Part shown: positions 38,367 through 51,113 of the stretch, piece by piece | Numbering within the stretch: the first letter of the stretch is position 1 | How the letters are laid out: every line of letters begins with the position of its first letter | Assembly: GCA_051294905.1 (NCBI GenBank) | Contig: CM119384.1 | Coordinates: forward strand, 15,934,001-15,998,000 | Direction of reading: 5' to 3' | Length of the DNA stretch: 64,000 nucleotides | Source of the DNA: Botryllus schlosseri | Lineage: Eukaryota | Program-made: the position numbers and the translations under genes | Notes under the pieces: generated by a model | Database searches by the model: none | Seen by the model: only the letters and a program-made list of their open reading frames with translations | Told to the model about the DNA's origin: nothing

Positions 38367-39152
38367 CTAATGGATAAGATTGAAAAATATTTTCATCGGT
38401 TTTCAACTGCCAGTCCGTGGACTAGTACTGCAAATTATATGAGATTGAAGTTTCTCCATGAATTAAAGTTATAAAACGTCAAATTTTCAGCATAGTTAGA
38501 AATTTAGAACACGGTATAGTGGCATGTACCGGTAGAGTCCATGCTTGACTTTGAACATATCTTATATCACAATACGGTAATTAGGCTATAGTAACCAGAC
38601 ATGGGGTGATTACTCTATGAATGTAATCGATTGCGATTACGATTACTTCGGAATCACGCGATTACGATTACGATTATGATTACAGCAAAATCAAGAAGTA
38701 GTCGATTACGATTGCGATTACATTGAAAAAGTAATCACGATTACTCATGATTACATTTGTTTTGCTTAGGACTATAATCTTAAATGATATATCGGAAGAC
38801 AATACAAGGATTGCGATGAAAAGGCTTAATGAGATATCAACTTTCTTCATACATCATGCGTCATTTGCTTATTACGTCATAATATACCAATTGCCCAACT
38901 TTATAGTGGATGATTTATCGCATCCAACGATTTGCATTATTGCCAGGTCTTTACCTGCCGCACCCCAAATTCCTTAATAGGATGGGGAGCGTGCTCGAAG
39001 GGGACTCAAAAGTATTTCGTAAACCAACATAAATTATAGAGGATTTTCGTGAATTTAATTAATTCTTGAAAATGTTCTTCGATCTTGGCGATTCAAATGT
39101 CTCTAGTACAGGGGTCACCAACGCGGACCAAATGAGTCGCCCACGGTCGCTG

Positions 39153-39608
39153 TAGTGGTGGTGACTTTTGCGGTGGGCGAGGTGGGCGGTCGCCGGGGGG
39201 GGGGGGGGGGGGGGGCTGGTCGAAGGGCTCTCCTATTTCGATTATGCGCTTTTTTCAAGTATAATAACGAATAAACATTGAAATCCGTGTAAAGCAAGAA
39301 TAGGATTCCGTACAGATTTGTCAATCATTATCAAATCTCTGCATTTTTAGAAAAGTACCATATCTCGATAATCATCACGTCTCTGCATGCGGTAGAATTA
39401 CTTGGTTTTAATGTAGTCTATCCTTGCGCACATGAAAAAATAAAAATGGCCGAATCCAGCACCTGGCCAAACCTTGATAGATGAATAATAATAACAGACG
39501 CGAAAGGGGATCTGGGGGGCGAAGCCCCCCATAAGTCACGGATAGATACTTATAGCGGGGCCCCTGGTAAGTCTCGCCTAGGGCCCCTCATTCGTAGGGC
39601 CACCACTG
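39153..39608. mobile_element. Third-level nested GC-rich element
   Basis: Ends TAGTGGTGG / CCACCACTG; CGCTG(TAG) duplicated on both sides; contains G21 tract. Confidence 0.7.
39195..39215 (+). repeat. G21 homopolymer
   Basis: 21 consecutive G. Confidence 0.9.
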
Positions 39609-41816
39609 CGCTGTAGCAAATATCCAAATGAGAGATTTGAAAGTTGAAGCTAGTTTCATATGAGCAGCAGTTAAACATGGGTCGGCCGACCCCAAGGAAC
39701 ATACGAACGCATTAGCTCGGGGCATTGCTTGTCTTCGCCCACGTGGCGGCTCAACAGGAATCTATAGTTAATATTCCCGAGTCTCGACGCGGAGATTGGC
39801 GCTTCGGCGCGCACTGCAGCAATGCAACTGAGCTTGGAGGAGCTGGTTTGAGTCCCTGCGAGTGATCGTTTTTTGTTCTTGGTAAGGGGAGTACGTGGTT
39901 ACCCGTCGGTCGTCGCAATAATCAGTACACACTACACAAGAAGTAGCTTTTTGTTTCAAAACAGTTGGTGACCCCTGCTCCAGTAGATAGCTGGGTTTGA
40001 AATGCATACCTCTTCCCCTCAAGAAAAAACATACATAGGCTATTTCATGGGAACAGGCATTTCGGAGCCGGTCATTACTGCGCCACGATCCCACAACACA
40101 GCAAAAGACATATGCAGTTTCGGCCAACACGCAACTCCACGGGATGTGATACCAAAGAAATAGCTTGGCCGAAACTTAGGGTATTCGTCCATTGTCAATA
40201 GCCGCGCTGCATGGGCGTGACTAATAACTCCTGTCCTTCCAATCTTGGCCCACAATGCAAATGTCACCCGGCGCATCCACAAAGGAATGAAGCCATGACA
40301 ATTTGTGTGTGCGTCTCACAAAAGATATTCTTTTAGTCTGCTACGTTTGGGCGAGTACAATATCTTCTGATTATACAACGTCTGAATATGAATTACGTGC
40401 CCCAGCTTTACAGGTAAATCTGACACTCGGGGCTCAGAGAGGGTATAAATGAATAGTAATATAATGCAATTACCAATCTTATTGACGAAATTCAGTTTTG
40501 AAAATTGACCAACGGTTGGACAGGGGAATTGCTGTTTGGGCTGAATTGCTGATTCTAGCTACAACCCACGCTAACATGTCAGGCTATATAAGCGGATGGT
40601 TATGGCGGCAGGTCCAAATGCTAAGTAACGAACGGTGAAATAACGATTGACGCCCGTTTCAAGTAGTTATATGAGAATAAGATATAGTTAACATAAAAAT
40701 TCTGCCTTCAACTTAATACATATACAGCGAGCTGCTGTTACGATAAACGGCTAAGCACGGCTCGGTTATGATATATATCAGCAGCTGTTTATTTGTAATG
40801 CTTCGTTGTGGAAACTGCAGTGTTTTATTCGAAGAGTACAAAATTCCGAATCTTCGCCAGGTGCACCTGCACGGGCGTACGTCGGCCTCCTGCTCGCCAA
40901 GCAGCAATGGTAAACTGCGTTTAACTAAGCACAACCAAACATCAATACATAAGTTACTATTTGGAACTATAGGCAGAGTGGTGATCAATATCCTGCTGCG
41001 AGGTAGCGGCTTCTGTAGTGTATTGATAACCTGATATACACCACGAGAGGTGTTCTTACAATCACACTACAATGTCCATCGCATGTCTGTTTACTATGTG
41101 TGGATATGGATACTTCTTACGCAATGACGAGCGGAGCTGATACTTCTGACGTAATAATGAGTCAGTGGCGTTTGAAAACAGACGTTTGTGCTATCGCTAA
41201 AGTGGTATATTATCTCATTCTTGTTCACGAATATTCAGTTTATGTCATAGTCCTTGTACAAACAAAAAGTAATCGTTCTTTCACAAAAAAATCGATTAGA
41301 TATGGGAAGTAGTCGATTACGATTACTTCGGATTTTTTTCGAATGTAATCGATTGCGATTACGATTACTTCAAAATGCTGTAATCGTCGTAATCGGTTAC
41401 GATTACCCCATGTCTGATAGTAACACACTGTTCGAAAGTAGGCAGCAACTCATCAATCGTTAATACCGGGAACATGTGAAAGAAAGGAAGACTTCTTAAA
41501 CGAAATTCGACAATTTTCGGCTCTACAAATTGGCAGACTTTGGTAGTATGATAGAATCTAGCAAACACTAGAGTCACAATTCTTTCAAAAGAAATTCAAC
41601 AGTCAAAAATCGAATCGGTGGTGTTCAACAGGAATTTGCCTTGAGGAGACTTCAATATAATCGCACACAGCATAAAACTTCTCATTAAATTTAGGTTCCA
41701 CTTCTTTGACTCTAGTTGCTGAATACTTTTGGCATTTTGTTGTCCATGGCTAACATTTGATTGAACCCAATTTGGACGGATTCAATCTAGCCAGATACGT
41801 TACATACCTACTAGTC

Positions 41817-42708
41817 CAGTGGTTCTCAACCGGGGGTCCGCGTACCCCTGGGGGTCCGTGAAGCATTTTCAGGGGGTCCGCGAAGCCTCTAGATTTGTAA
41901 AATAATTGACAATCTAATTTTTATTTTATTTTTTAATTAGGAAAAGCATGAGCCTGTTTTTCTTTATAATAGCTAAAACTTTAGGATTCACATCATTGAA
42001 AATGGTTGTCTGAGATGAAATATCCGATTGTACAAACTCATTTTAATTGTCAAATTGCCGATAGCCTGCTGATGCAAACATTGCTGTATAGAGATGTTTC
42101 GTCGGGGTTTGTGGAAAACTTAAATGTTGGAGATAGCAAGGTCAAACGGGCAAACATTTCGGATTTGTAGTTCTCAGTCTCAGCAAATTAGTAAACAGTC
42201 GTATGAGATGGAAATTCCTGAATTTTTTTCCGAATCTGTCCCAATGAAGGAATTAATACTGCGCCACGAAATCCATTTTCGCCTGTCCTATAAACTACCA
42301 AATAACTTCCATGTGAGATGCTAGATAAAAATGACTACTGGCTGGACGTGATATGTTCAAACTCACACCAAAAGCTGTCGTTGGAAGCGTTACGCGTTAA
42401 TATTACATTTTACATCTTTGTGGAAATGGTTTTTCGGCACTCATTCATATCACATCGAAGGCGCGGATTTTCAAGGCAATAAATACAGCTAGAAAATTCC
42501 CTTCGAAATAATCTAAGTCTACCCAATTTCAAGACATAGCGTGCTGTTATTTTCAAGAAAAGTCTTTTTATCACTATTTACTATTTGCACAAGACAGTTG
42601 ACGGTTGCACGATAATTGAGCTAACTTTGAACGAAATCTTGAGGAGGTCCGCGGGGTCCGTGACGGTCAAAAAGGGGTCCGCGGAGCCAAAAAGGTTGAG
42701 AACCACTG
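41817..42708. mobile_element. hAT/Charlie-like MITE
   Basis: TIR CAGTGGTTCTCAACC / GGTTGAGAACCACTG; perfect TSD TACTAGTC; GGGGTCCG repeats. Confidence 0.93.
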
Positions 42709-43165
42709 TACTAGTCATTACCCTGTATGTATCAGCAACTATGTGAAGAGCTTCTTAGAGGTACAGCACTGCAATATACAGTACTATGGTACATTGATAT
42801 TGAAATTGTCAGCAACTAGTAGAGAAATGGGAAGAAACATTGTATATCAACAATCATATCACCAAATATGACTTCACCGGAGTGAAATTTCGAAAATCGA
42901 GGTGTAGAGTGTATGAACAATGAACATACCCTTCAAGTGTATGTTAGCAAGTACTTAACACCACACCTGCCATCTGATAGAGTTTATTCTATCGAGGAAA
43001 GAGTACATTGCAACTGGAAATTTACAAAATACCTACACCAATGATTCTTACAAATGGTAAGCTGTGAATTTCACAATAGCAATTTCAAGCTGGCTACAGG
43101 TACTGATTTTGCCTCATCAAACTTTACACAATTGTAAAGATATTGAGTAAAGTTAAATTACATAC

Positions 43166-44548
43166 CTGGAGATGCACCGCGATACTAGTGGATTTCCCAG
43201 AGGAATCCAATTCATCAAAAGTAAGCTCCCGGTTTGTAGAGTCGATCTTATGTGCGTGTTTTTTCTCCTTAGCTTCTTTATCGATCATAACAGACGGACG
43301 AAGGCCGTTTTTCACCACAACAAACGGGGGCAGACGATAAAAACTCTCGTCAAACCAACCGTCGTTATCGTCGCGATTATCGCCCTCCACTTTCGTAACG
43401 GAATTTAGAGTGACAACTGTGAGATAGGATTCGTAGCATTTCGAGAGAGAATGACCGCAGTCTGGAAACAAGGGCGGGGTGACGGAGTCTCTGCGTTCGG
43501 AAGAAGAGCGTTCGTTGCTGCAGTTAGACCCTGGCGACGTGGAAATCGTTCTAGCTACATTGGGAGTGAGCAGATTGTTTGCAGACAACGGATTGGTTGT
43601 CATATTGTCGTTTTCTAAAGGTAAACTACCCGGTCGTATTGGGATTTCCGTATTACTCTCATTTTCTCCGATTGTCGTCTCGGGGACCAAATCTTTGTTT
43701 CCACCGTCTGGTTCTTCTAAATCAGACTCGGCCGAATAGAAGTCACTCGAAGAGAGAGACGTAGTGCTGCGAAACTCTGATTCCGCCGAGCGGTAGAGAT
43801 TCGAATCGCTGGATCGCGCGCGTTTCATCGATTGCAACGACGTGTCCCTGCCCACCAAATCTACGTCTGTTTGCGAGGAGCTTTTCTTCAACGTGCCACG
43901 TTTCTCCGGGCTGGGAGCGAAAGACACTTGTGGCTGATAACTCGTTTTGTGCCTTGAGTCGGGAGTCTTACTAGTCGTGGACTTGAGTTTTTTCAACAGG
44001 CTAGACTTTCTAGAAGGCGAGGAGGAGTGTAATTTGTAGATCTGCCCGGTGCTGTTGGTGATTTTACTCTGACGTATCAAACTCGGGCGTTTTTTCCTGG
44101 AGATATTTTCCATGCCGGGTTCCTCATCGATAGCAGTGCCGAGTACACCACCCGGTTTTCGTATCAACTCGATTATCCTTGAAGCTGCTTCGTCCGAGGA
44201 ATCCAGCAATGATGTTTTGCTGACCGTCGAAACCCGGCTTCTACTCAACAGGCATTTTCCAGGAGCTAAAAGACTCATCCCGTACTCCATGCCGGGATCA
44301 AAAACATCCGAGTCACCGTCGCTATTACGTTCACCTGATGACGAGGACGACTCGTCGAAACACGGATCGGACGGAGTGGCCGGCCCATCAAAGACGGTCT
44401 CGTGTTGGGTCGAGGTGTCCGATCGGTAAAAGTAGGTGGGGTGTTTTAGGGTGTGGGGTGTGAAGAAGGCGCAGCCCCACGATTTCAAACGTCGCACGGA
44501 GGTTAAAGGTGATTTCGAAGAAGTGTCTTGCTCGCCGAGCGGAGTTCT
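43166..44548 (-). CDS. BLTP1: BLTP1 exon 19 (1383 nt, Ser-rich disordered region)
   Basis: 461 open codons, phase 0-0; WGCAFF near start; CAG|gtatgt. Confidence 0.9.
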
Positions 44549-45182
44549 CTAAAAAAACAGTGTTTTTAACGTTTACAACACGTACCCTTCGAGATTTCCG
44601 ACAGAATTAATGGAATTGTAGCATTAGAATTGATACAAATGTATTTATAAGTTACGTAGGGAACGTGCGCATTGAAAACAATCTTGTAAACGGTGATGGG
44701 ATATTGAAAATGTAACTTGGGACAAGACGTCGCAGCCGTTTTTTGTTCCATCGCTAGTGACGGCTGATATTGCATGATGTATCTCAGTTACAAACGTGGA
44801 ACGCCTCTGGGTGTAGGTGACAACTAACAGTGAGGTCACAACACATATCCTGTAGAGCAGAGGTCACCAACACGAGGCCCGGGAGGTCATATTTTGCAGC
44901 CTACGATCTGATTTCAGATTTGAGAGGAACAATAAGCATTTAGAAATGCTGATATTGATTTCAGTTTCAATTGTTGTTGTTGCAAAATAAGCTATTCTCT
45001 TGTGCCCAACATTGCTTCCCTCACTAGCTGAAACGGTTTCGGTGGCAGCAGCATTCCATCGAGAGGGAATCAGCTGATATAAAGGGACAATTTGGCATGC
45101 ATATTGCCTTGACGTGCAATGGCTTAGACATCGCCAGACCGCGCTTAGAAAACGGCTTGGGGCTTCCTGCTGTAGAGGTATG

Positions 45183-45279
45183 CAGAGGTGGTCAGTACTC
45201 ATACTTTATTAAAGTACTCAAATAGGTTTTTCTCGAGGTTTAACTTGAGTACCAACGATGTATACTTTGACCACCACTG
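45183..45279. mobile_element. 97-bp mini-MITE
   Basis: CAGAGGTGGTCA / TGACCACCACTG; TSD not conserved. Confidence 0.55.
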
Positions 45280-45444
45280 ACAGTACATGGATAGGAATAT
45301 CAAAGGATTACTAACCCTTATTAAGAAAAAGTTTTGTTGATCGGAAGAAAAAATTGAAATTTGCCCTGTGGGCAACTGCACATTTACTTGTCTATCTCCC
45401 ATTTTTAGACGCAATCAGCGGTCCTAAACTAATTTCATTATCAC

Positions 45445-45611
45445 CTGCCATAGGAAAAGCAGCCGCCTCGTCTTTTTGTCGTGGAAATGAAGGAATTTCA
45501 TTTGCCTGAAGCTCATTTCTCGTTCGGGCGTTGCCACGGTTACCATGGCATGCAGCGAACCAAGACGGATCTCGCCGGCTTCGATCCACAAGCCGCAGTC
45601 TATCGGCGAAT
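45445..45611 (-). CDS. BLTP1: BLTP1 exon 18
   Basis: WIEAGEIRLG...FLHFHDKKTRRLLFLW. Confidence 0.92.
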
Positions 45612-46123
45612 CTGGAACAGAATGCAAATTGTTGGTGCACCGAAATTTCTCAGTTTTCCATCGAAATCACGGTAACTACAATGAACTACCGTGACGATCA
45701 GAAATATCCATATTTCAATGGTGCTGTTAATATATTTCAAAATTATGTTAATATCTAACAAAATTTTCACTGATCGTTTATCGATATTCGAATACATTAC
45801 AAAATTGAACATAGCAGATAAAAGATAATGCGGAAAATGTCCAGCAATGTCGGAACAATGAGATCATTCAACAGTTTTCCAATCAAATTGCAACCAAACA
45901 ATATGGGCGCTCCTTTGATATACGCCCATAACAAACCAGTGTTCCCAACTAAACCAATAAATGTTTACCATGTACACAGTTCATCGATAACCCGACATGA
46001 CATGACCTTAAGACAAAATTACAGCATGGCGCGCTTCATCCCATCAAATGCAACTATCTTTAGACAGAAACACTTGACACTTCAGCACAGCACGCAGCTA
46101 ATTGAAAGCCAACGTTTCTCTAC

Positions 46124-46355
46124 CCGATGATGGTGAGGTCATCTTTTTCACGCTCTGCTTGACTAGGACTTCCTGAATTCGTATCGACGCCGCCTCCTTC
46201 ACTCCTGGAAACTGCACGTTCCCATTGGATATCAGGACAGGAGACACGGACAGGTCGAGCGCAGAATCCATTTCTGTGACGCGCAGCTTCACAGAGTCCA
46301 GTTTCACCTGAGCCATCAGGTATTTCACGTCTCCTTCCGAGATGTTTTCTCCGCT
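46124..46355 (-). CDS. BLTP1: BLTP1 exon 17
   Basis: SEGDVKYLMAQVKLD...SNGNV. Confidence 0.86.
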
Positions 46356-46447
46356 CTAATAATATTGTAATAATTCAACAAACATTACTGATGTTAGGTA
46401 TAATTCCCACCATTGGTAACGAAATATATTAGCAACATCAAACTCAC

Positions 46448-46573
46448 CAGCGTATTGTCGTCCCAGTTCATTCCGGTGGGAAGATATCGGTTCGGAAACG
46501 CGGACTTCATTTCGTGCAAGTCATTTTTCAGCAAGAACACAAACATTTCGGCCCATTGCGCAAGAAGTTGAAT
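46448..46573 (-). CDS. BLTP1: BLTP1 exon 16
   Basis: IQLLAQWAEMFVF; CTG|gtgagt. Confidence 0.88.
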
Positions 46574-46892
46574 CTGCAAATTAAACGATAGCGTGGACTG
46601 CGGCGTTCTGGTGATTGGAATGTCAGTGAGAATATGACACTGGTGCCACTAGCACATTCCTACATGCATCGAAAAGTCTTAACAAATGCATGTAAGCAGC
46701 TGGGGTATATTTTGCCTTTACAATAGTATTAATTGAACGCAGAGCATATGTATTTGTTACAAAACTCTTTATATTAGAAAATTTCCAAGTAAGATGAAAC
46801 CACACTACTGCAGAGCCACTACTGTATAAAACAGTCTGTTCCAATTTCTTGTATTCACCACCCGATAAGAAATTCAACAGCCACACACTCAC

Positions 46893-47123
46893 TTGAGGTA
46901 TCGATAGGTTTCCGACAATGGGCCCGACTAACACTTCTGTGAGCCAGCCATATTCAACAGTGACAGAGCCGAGGGGTAGACCGGTCCCGCTAAATAGGGC
47001 GTGGCCCCGAAGCTGCAAATCTGACAGCATGACCCAGCCTTTTCGTCGGTTCATATCCTGGCCCGCGATCGAGCCGATAGCGGCATTTTCCTCTGCATTT
47101 ATGGCTAACTTGGACAGCAGTAA
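46893..47123 (-). CDS. BLTP1: BLTP1 exon 15
   Basis: LSDLQLRGHALFSGTGLPLGSVTVEYGWL. Confidence 0.93.
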
Positions 47124-47764
47124 CTGAAAAGTAAAGGGAGAATGTCGGTTGTACGAAAAAGTAAGAGATAAATGATCAGGAACGGTGAATTCCACCGCAT
47201 CTCAAATAAAAACAACTCCAGTATAAGAAGATAAATAGTATCAATGAGTTATGTAACCAAATGAAGCAGCCAAGATTTCAGACCAAGTATTTATTCTTTA
47301 GATGATGCAGTTTTACAAAGGGTTTCAATCAAGCTATCATACATATATTCAGGTCTGGACTACCTAACCCAAATTTCCTAACTGTTTTCACAATTAGGTT
47401 TTCATGTTTTGGTTACTATTTTTCAACGCATGAATATATAAGTGCCGTTCAGGAAAGAGCATAATATTTTATCAGTACACTTGTGCAGCTTCTATTTATC
47501 GTAATTGCTGGTTAGGCCAATTTTATTTATTAGTCAAGATCACCGTAATTAAAAAGGTAAGAATCAGTCCCTAGCTCTGTAGAAAACAAGAAAGGTTCAA
47601 ACCAGACTTTACATATTCGCAGAAAGAATTTTACTGTGAATTTAGGACAGGATTTCGGGTCTCGACAGAAGAAATCAAGAAAGTCACCATCAAACAGTTT
47701 CACCTGGACATGGTCAAGCATGATACATAGCAAAACTGGTAAAAATCAATACACGAAGCCAAAC

Positions 47765-47915
47765 CTGTAGTCTCGTCTGATGATAGTTTTTGTCCATTTC
47801 GAAAGTAAGACGTTTCAATTTCACTGTGGGACAGCCGTTAAAATTCGGATTGTAATGTACAGGAAGCACCCCTCGAACATTGTGCAAATTCACATTTACA
47901 GTAACTTGAAGCGTC
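47765..47915 (-). CDS. BLTP1: BLTP1 exon 14
   Basis: VNLHNVRGVLPVH...CPTVKLKRLTFEMDK. Confidence 0.92.
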
Positions 47916-47980
47916 CTGAAACGAAGAATACAATCTGTGCTTATGCCGCTAAGGTAATTGCCATTAATAGATCAGCTCAC

Positions 47981-48084
47981 CTATATAACAGTGGATTGCT
48001 ATTCGGTTCTGGTGGGTTCACAGCGCCGTCATTTTGACCGTCTGTGAAGTCAGTGGGTTTGTCATCGATTCCGAGGTAATTTTC
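47981..48084 (-). CDS. BLTP1: BLTP1 exon 13
   Basis: ENYLGIDDKPTDF; AG|gtgagc. Confidence 0.9.
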
Positions 48085-49009
48085 CTGGTGAATAATAGTT
48101 TTTTTTTATACCATGTACGAGTTTTGGATTTGGCATCTTGACAATGCGTGCAATGCTGGTGCAAGGGATGAATTAGTAACCTTCAAAGGATACTTGGCAT
48201 TGGCGATGCTTTTAGGTAACACTGGATCGTGCTCATATAATTATAGATCAGTTTTTGTGTTCCTCATGTATCTTATTCCAAGGATATCATTCAGAACCAA
48301 TTTGTGTGGCTCTTTGACTAATCATGAATATACCTCAAACAAATATAGCCCAAGTAGCAATTATGTAAAGGAAGTCAGCTATTTCAATGGGATCTGAATA
48401 ATGTCTGCGTCGACATTCAACAAGTTTCATTCGTAGTTAAGGATACGAAATCCCAATGTTTTACAATACTCACAACGCTTTCACAACTAAAAAGCGTTTT
48501 GGGATATGTTGCCATTAGCAATATTTGATGCCAGCCTCCTTTCCACCTACATACTATACCAAGCAAAATGTACTTTGAGCCTTGGAATCAGGGCTGTGGA
48601 GTCAGAGTTTCGTCAAATTTACTCTTCACGAAATTGGAGTCACGGAAATTTCGTAACACCCTATGCTGTTGGAGTTAGTTGAAATCCAATGTTCTCAGAT
48701 GTCACGAAAAGATATCGTTGCAGTTACAGATATTAATAAATATTTCATGGATGCGAGCATAATCTTTTGTTTTATAATTTCTCCGATCATACATGTAATT
48801 TATGCAAACGTATATGTAATGGTAAATAATACCTGAAGAAATGTAATAATGGGTATAGTTACAGGCATGTAGGGGTTCTAATGGAATTGAATCAACATCT
48901 CAGCTGATCAGAGAAACCGAGAATATTAGTCACAGTCACCGCTTTGTATTGGTTAACGTTGATATATCCGTTATTGGCTTAACAATCCCTACCCCAGCAT
49001 GACACTCAC

Positions 49010-49512
49010 CTTCACCGCTACAAAATGATGCAACAGTGACCCGTACAGGTACAAAGTGGACCCGGGCTTCAACGTAAACTCGACGGAGATCTCGTCAGGA
49101 TCAAGCGAAGTGGGATCGAATTTAACCGAAGGCGTCGATTTGATTTTTGACTGATGCTGCAACGTGTCCGACATGACCGAAAACGACTCTGAACCAGCAA
49201 CTGATTCAGCGCCGGACATGGTCCTCCGAAAATTTGGCCTTTTCAAATTTTTCACAGATCGTTGCACGGGCTTTTCGGGGTTGAAATCTCCCGGTCTGGC
49301 AGTATCGCGGACTGCCACTACCGGGTGCCACGTGTACGAGATGACCAGCTCCATTTCCGGCGCGTCCCAGCACTTCACCCATTCGCCGTTTACTTCGCCC
49401 CATTGAGGGTTTTTGCGGAGTTTATGGGCGTTGTGATAGAATTCCCGGTAGTTGGTGCCACTGCTGTATCCGGAAGTGTGAGGTTTATGGCTTTCCGGCG
49501 ATAAATGAGCTT
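49010..49512 (-). CDS. BLTP1: BLTP1 exon 12
   Basis: EWVKCWDAPEMELVISYTWHP...DPTSLDPD...LYGSLLHHFVAVK|gtgagt. Confidence 0.92.
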
Positions 49513-50918
49513 CTAAAACATTAAGTTTGACATATTATATATGTAACTGTATAAACTGTATCTGTGGTACATCAGAACATGTGCAAGATAAGTTTATAAA
49601 AACTTCCGTAAGCAATGTAATATGAAGGCTACTATTGATCGGTTTTATGAATATACAACCGTTTGATCACAAAAAGCAAAGTATACTTCTACAGTCTAAA
49701 ACTAAATCAACTCTGGCGGCCGTGAGTCATAAATATTCAAAACTTGATATTGCGAGATCAAGTTCAAACTGCTGATAAAACCAGGAAATTGAGCGCGTGC
49801 AGACAGCTTGACAAATGCAGCTTGAATGCGGGTAACAGCATTAAAATTGGCTACTGATGGTACAAAACTTCAATATCGCAACAAAAGATATGAACACGTT
49901 AAGATTGTTTGCTTCCAATAAAATCAGACCGACTCATTTCACTTTACCAATTTAAGGATACTGTCTTATGGAGAGTTTGTGTGAGCCTCAAATAAAGAAT
50001 GGTTTGATCTATTATCCATCTATCACCGTTTCGTGTTAAAACTCGATTTCCGGAACTACCCTTTCATAAATCACAAACTAGAATAAACAGTTCAAATGAA
50101 GTCTTGGTATTCAAGGGAGATTATTTGCAAATATTTGTATCGACTAAAATATTGTAATCTAAGAACAGATGGCATGCAGCAGACGAAGATGTATTACTGG
50201 TAGGCTAAATTCTTTAACGTCAGGGAGAGCTTTGCATTAGCAATAAATCCTTATCAGATATGTTATCTAGATAGATTACCTGTTGTCTGATTGGTTTATT
50301 CTGCATCCTTCCACTTTAAAACAAAGCGTCTCACATCTACCACCATGCTTTCTTACTGATTGACAATTATATTACCGTTAGCGAGGATTGGATGAATCGA
50401 TATTGAATTGAGATCAATGTAGCTAATCAAAATATAACTACATAACTTCAATCAAAATTCGTAATCCCGGATCAAAGCCAATATATCATAACGTCAAAAG
50501 CTGAAAACATTGACCGATACTTAAAAATAAGTTGCTTAGTGTCAGAAATAGCTTTTTGACTGAGAATTCTGATAGCAAAGTGATTAAAATTTAAAGTAAA
50601 ATGACCTCTTGATTCCCTACTAAACAGTGGATTAAGTATTAGATCAGAACTGTACGATGATATATTGACTGCAATATTGAAGTCTGCAATTGTCTCGAAG
50701 AGCCATGTTAATTTCACTTGCAGTGACAGGACGCGCCTTATAGGCTACATCTCGGTGGGTGAACTACTTTCTATTTTCCCAAAATTTCCAAATGTCGATT
50801 TTTCGTTCACCCTAATTTTCATGACGTCTGGTCCCAGAATAACTTCCCGTTTTCCATAAAGTCTTGTGTGCGAGTACACACATTGAATAGAATGCGGTAA
50901 TGCAAAATTCATAAATAC

Positions 50919-51113
50919 CTGAATACCAAGAATCCAACCCATCACGTAGGTTTAGGAGGAGCGACCTTGTCGGGTTAGACTGAGGTAAAAACAAGCATAG
51001 CTCAGCGCGACGCACGTGGAAATAGAACGGTATGGTGTAAGTTGAAGGAAGAAAAGAACCAAAAGGTAAAGTGAAATCGATCTTCAGCGTTTCTCCCGCA
51101 AGTACAACCAATG
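50919..51113 (-). CDS. BLTP1: BLTP1 exon 11
   Basis: AGETLKIDFTLPFGSFLP; TCAG|gtattt. Confidence 0.88.

Larger units (their letters stand above)
39109..39977. mobile_element. hAT MITE nested in the 2.8-kb element
   Basis: TIR CAGGGGTCACCAAC / GTTGGTGACCCCTG; TSD CTCTAGTA / CTCCAGTA. Confidence 0.9.
38596..41416. mobile_element. 2.8-kb non-autonomous hAT element with GATTAC subterminal arrays
   Basis: TIR CAGACATGGGGT / ACCCCATGTCTG; perfect TSD ATAGTAAC. Confidence 0.92.

Noticed and set aside
40040-41034. Short ORFs inside the 2.8-kb hAT element as transposase remnants
   Set aside because: No convincing BED, catalytic or dimerisation motif could be read
44112-44429. Plus-strand ORFs over exon 19 (also 43479-43739)
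   Set aside because: Antisense shadows of a long coding exon
48186-48193. GTATCCTT/ATATCCTT U12-like donor motifs (also near 48281, 48440, 49954)
   Set aside because: All lie deep in introns, not at modelled exon boundaries
48586-48650. CAGGGCTGTGGAGTC MITE-like left end
   Set aside because: No matching right end or TSD found; fragment only
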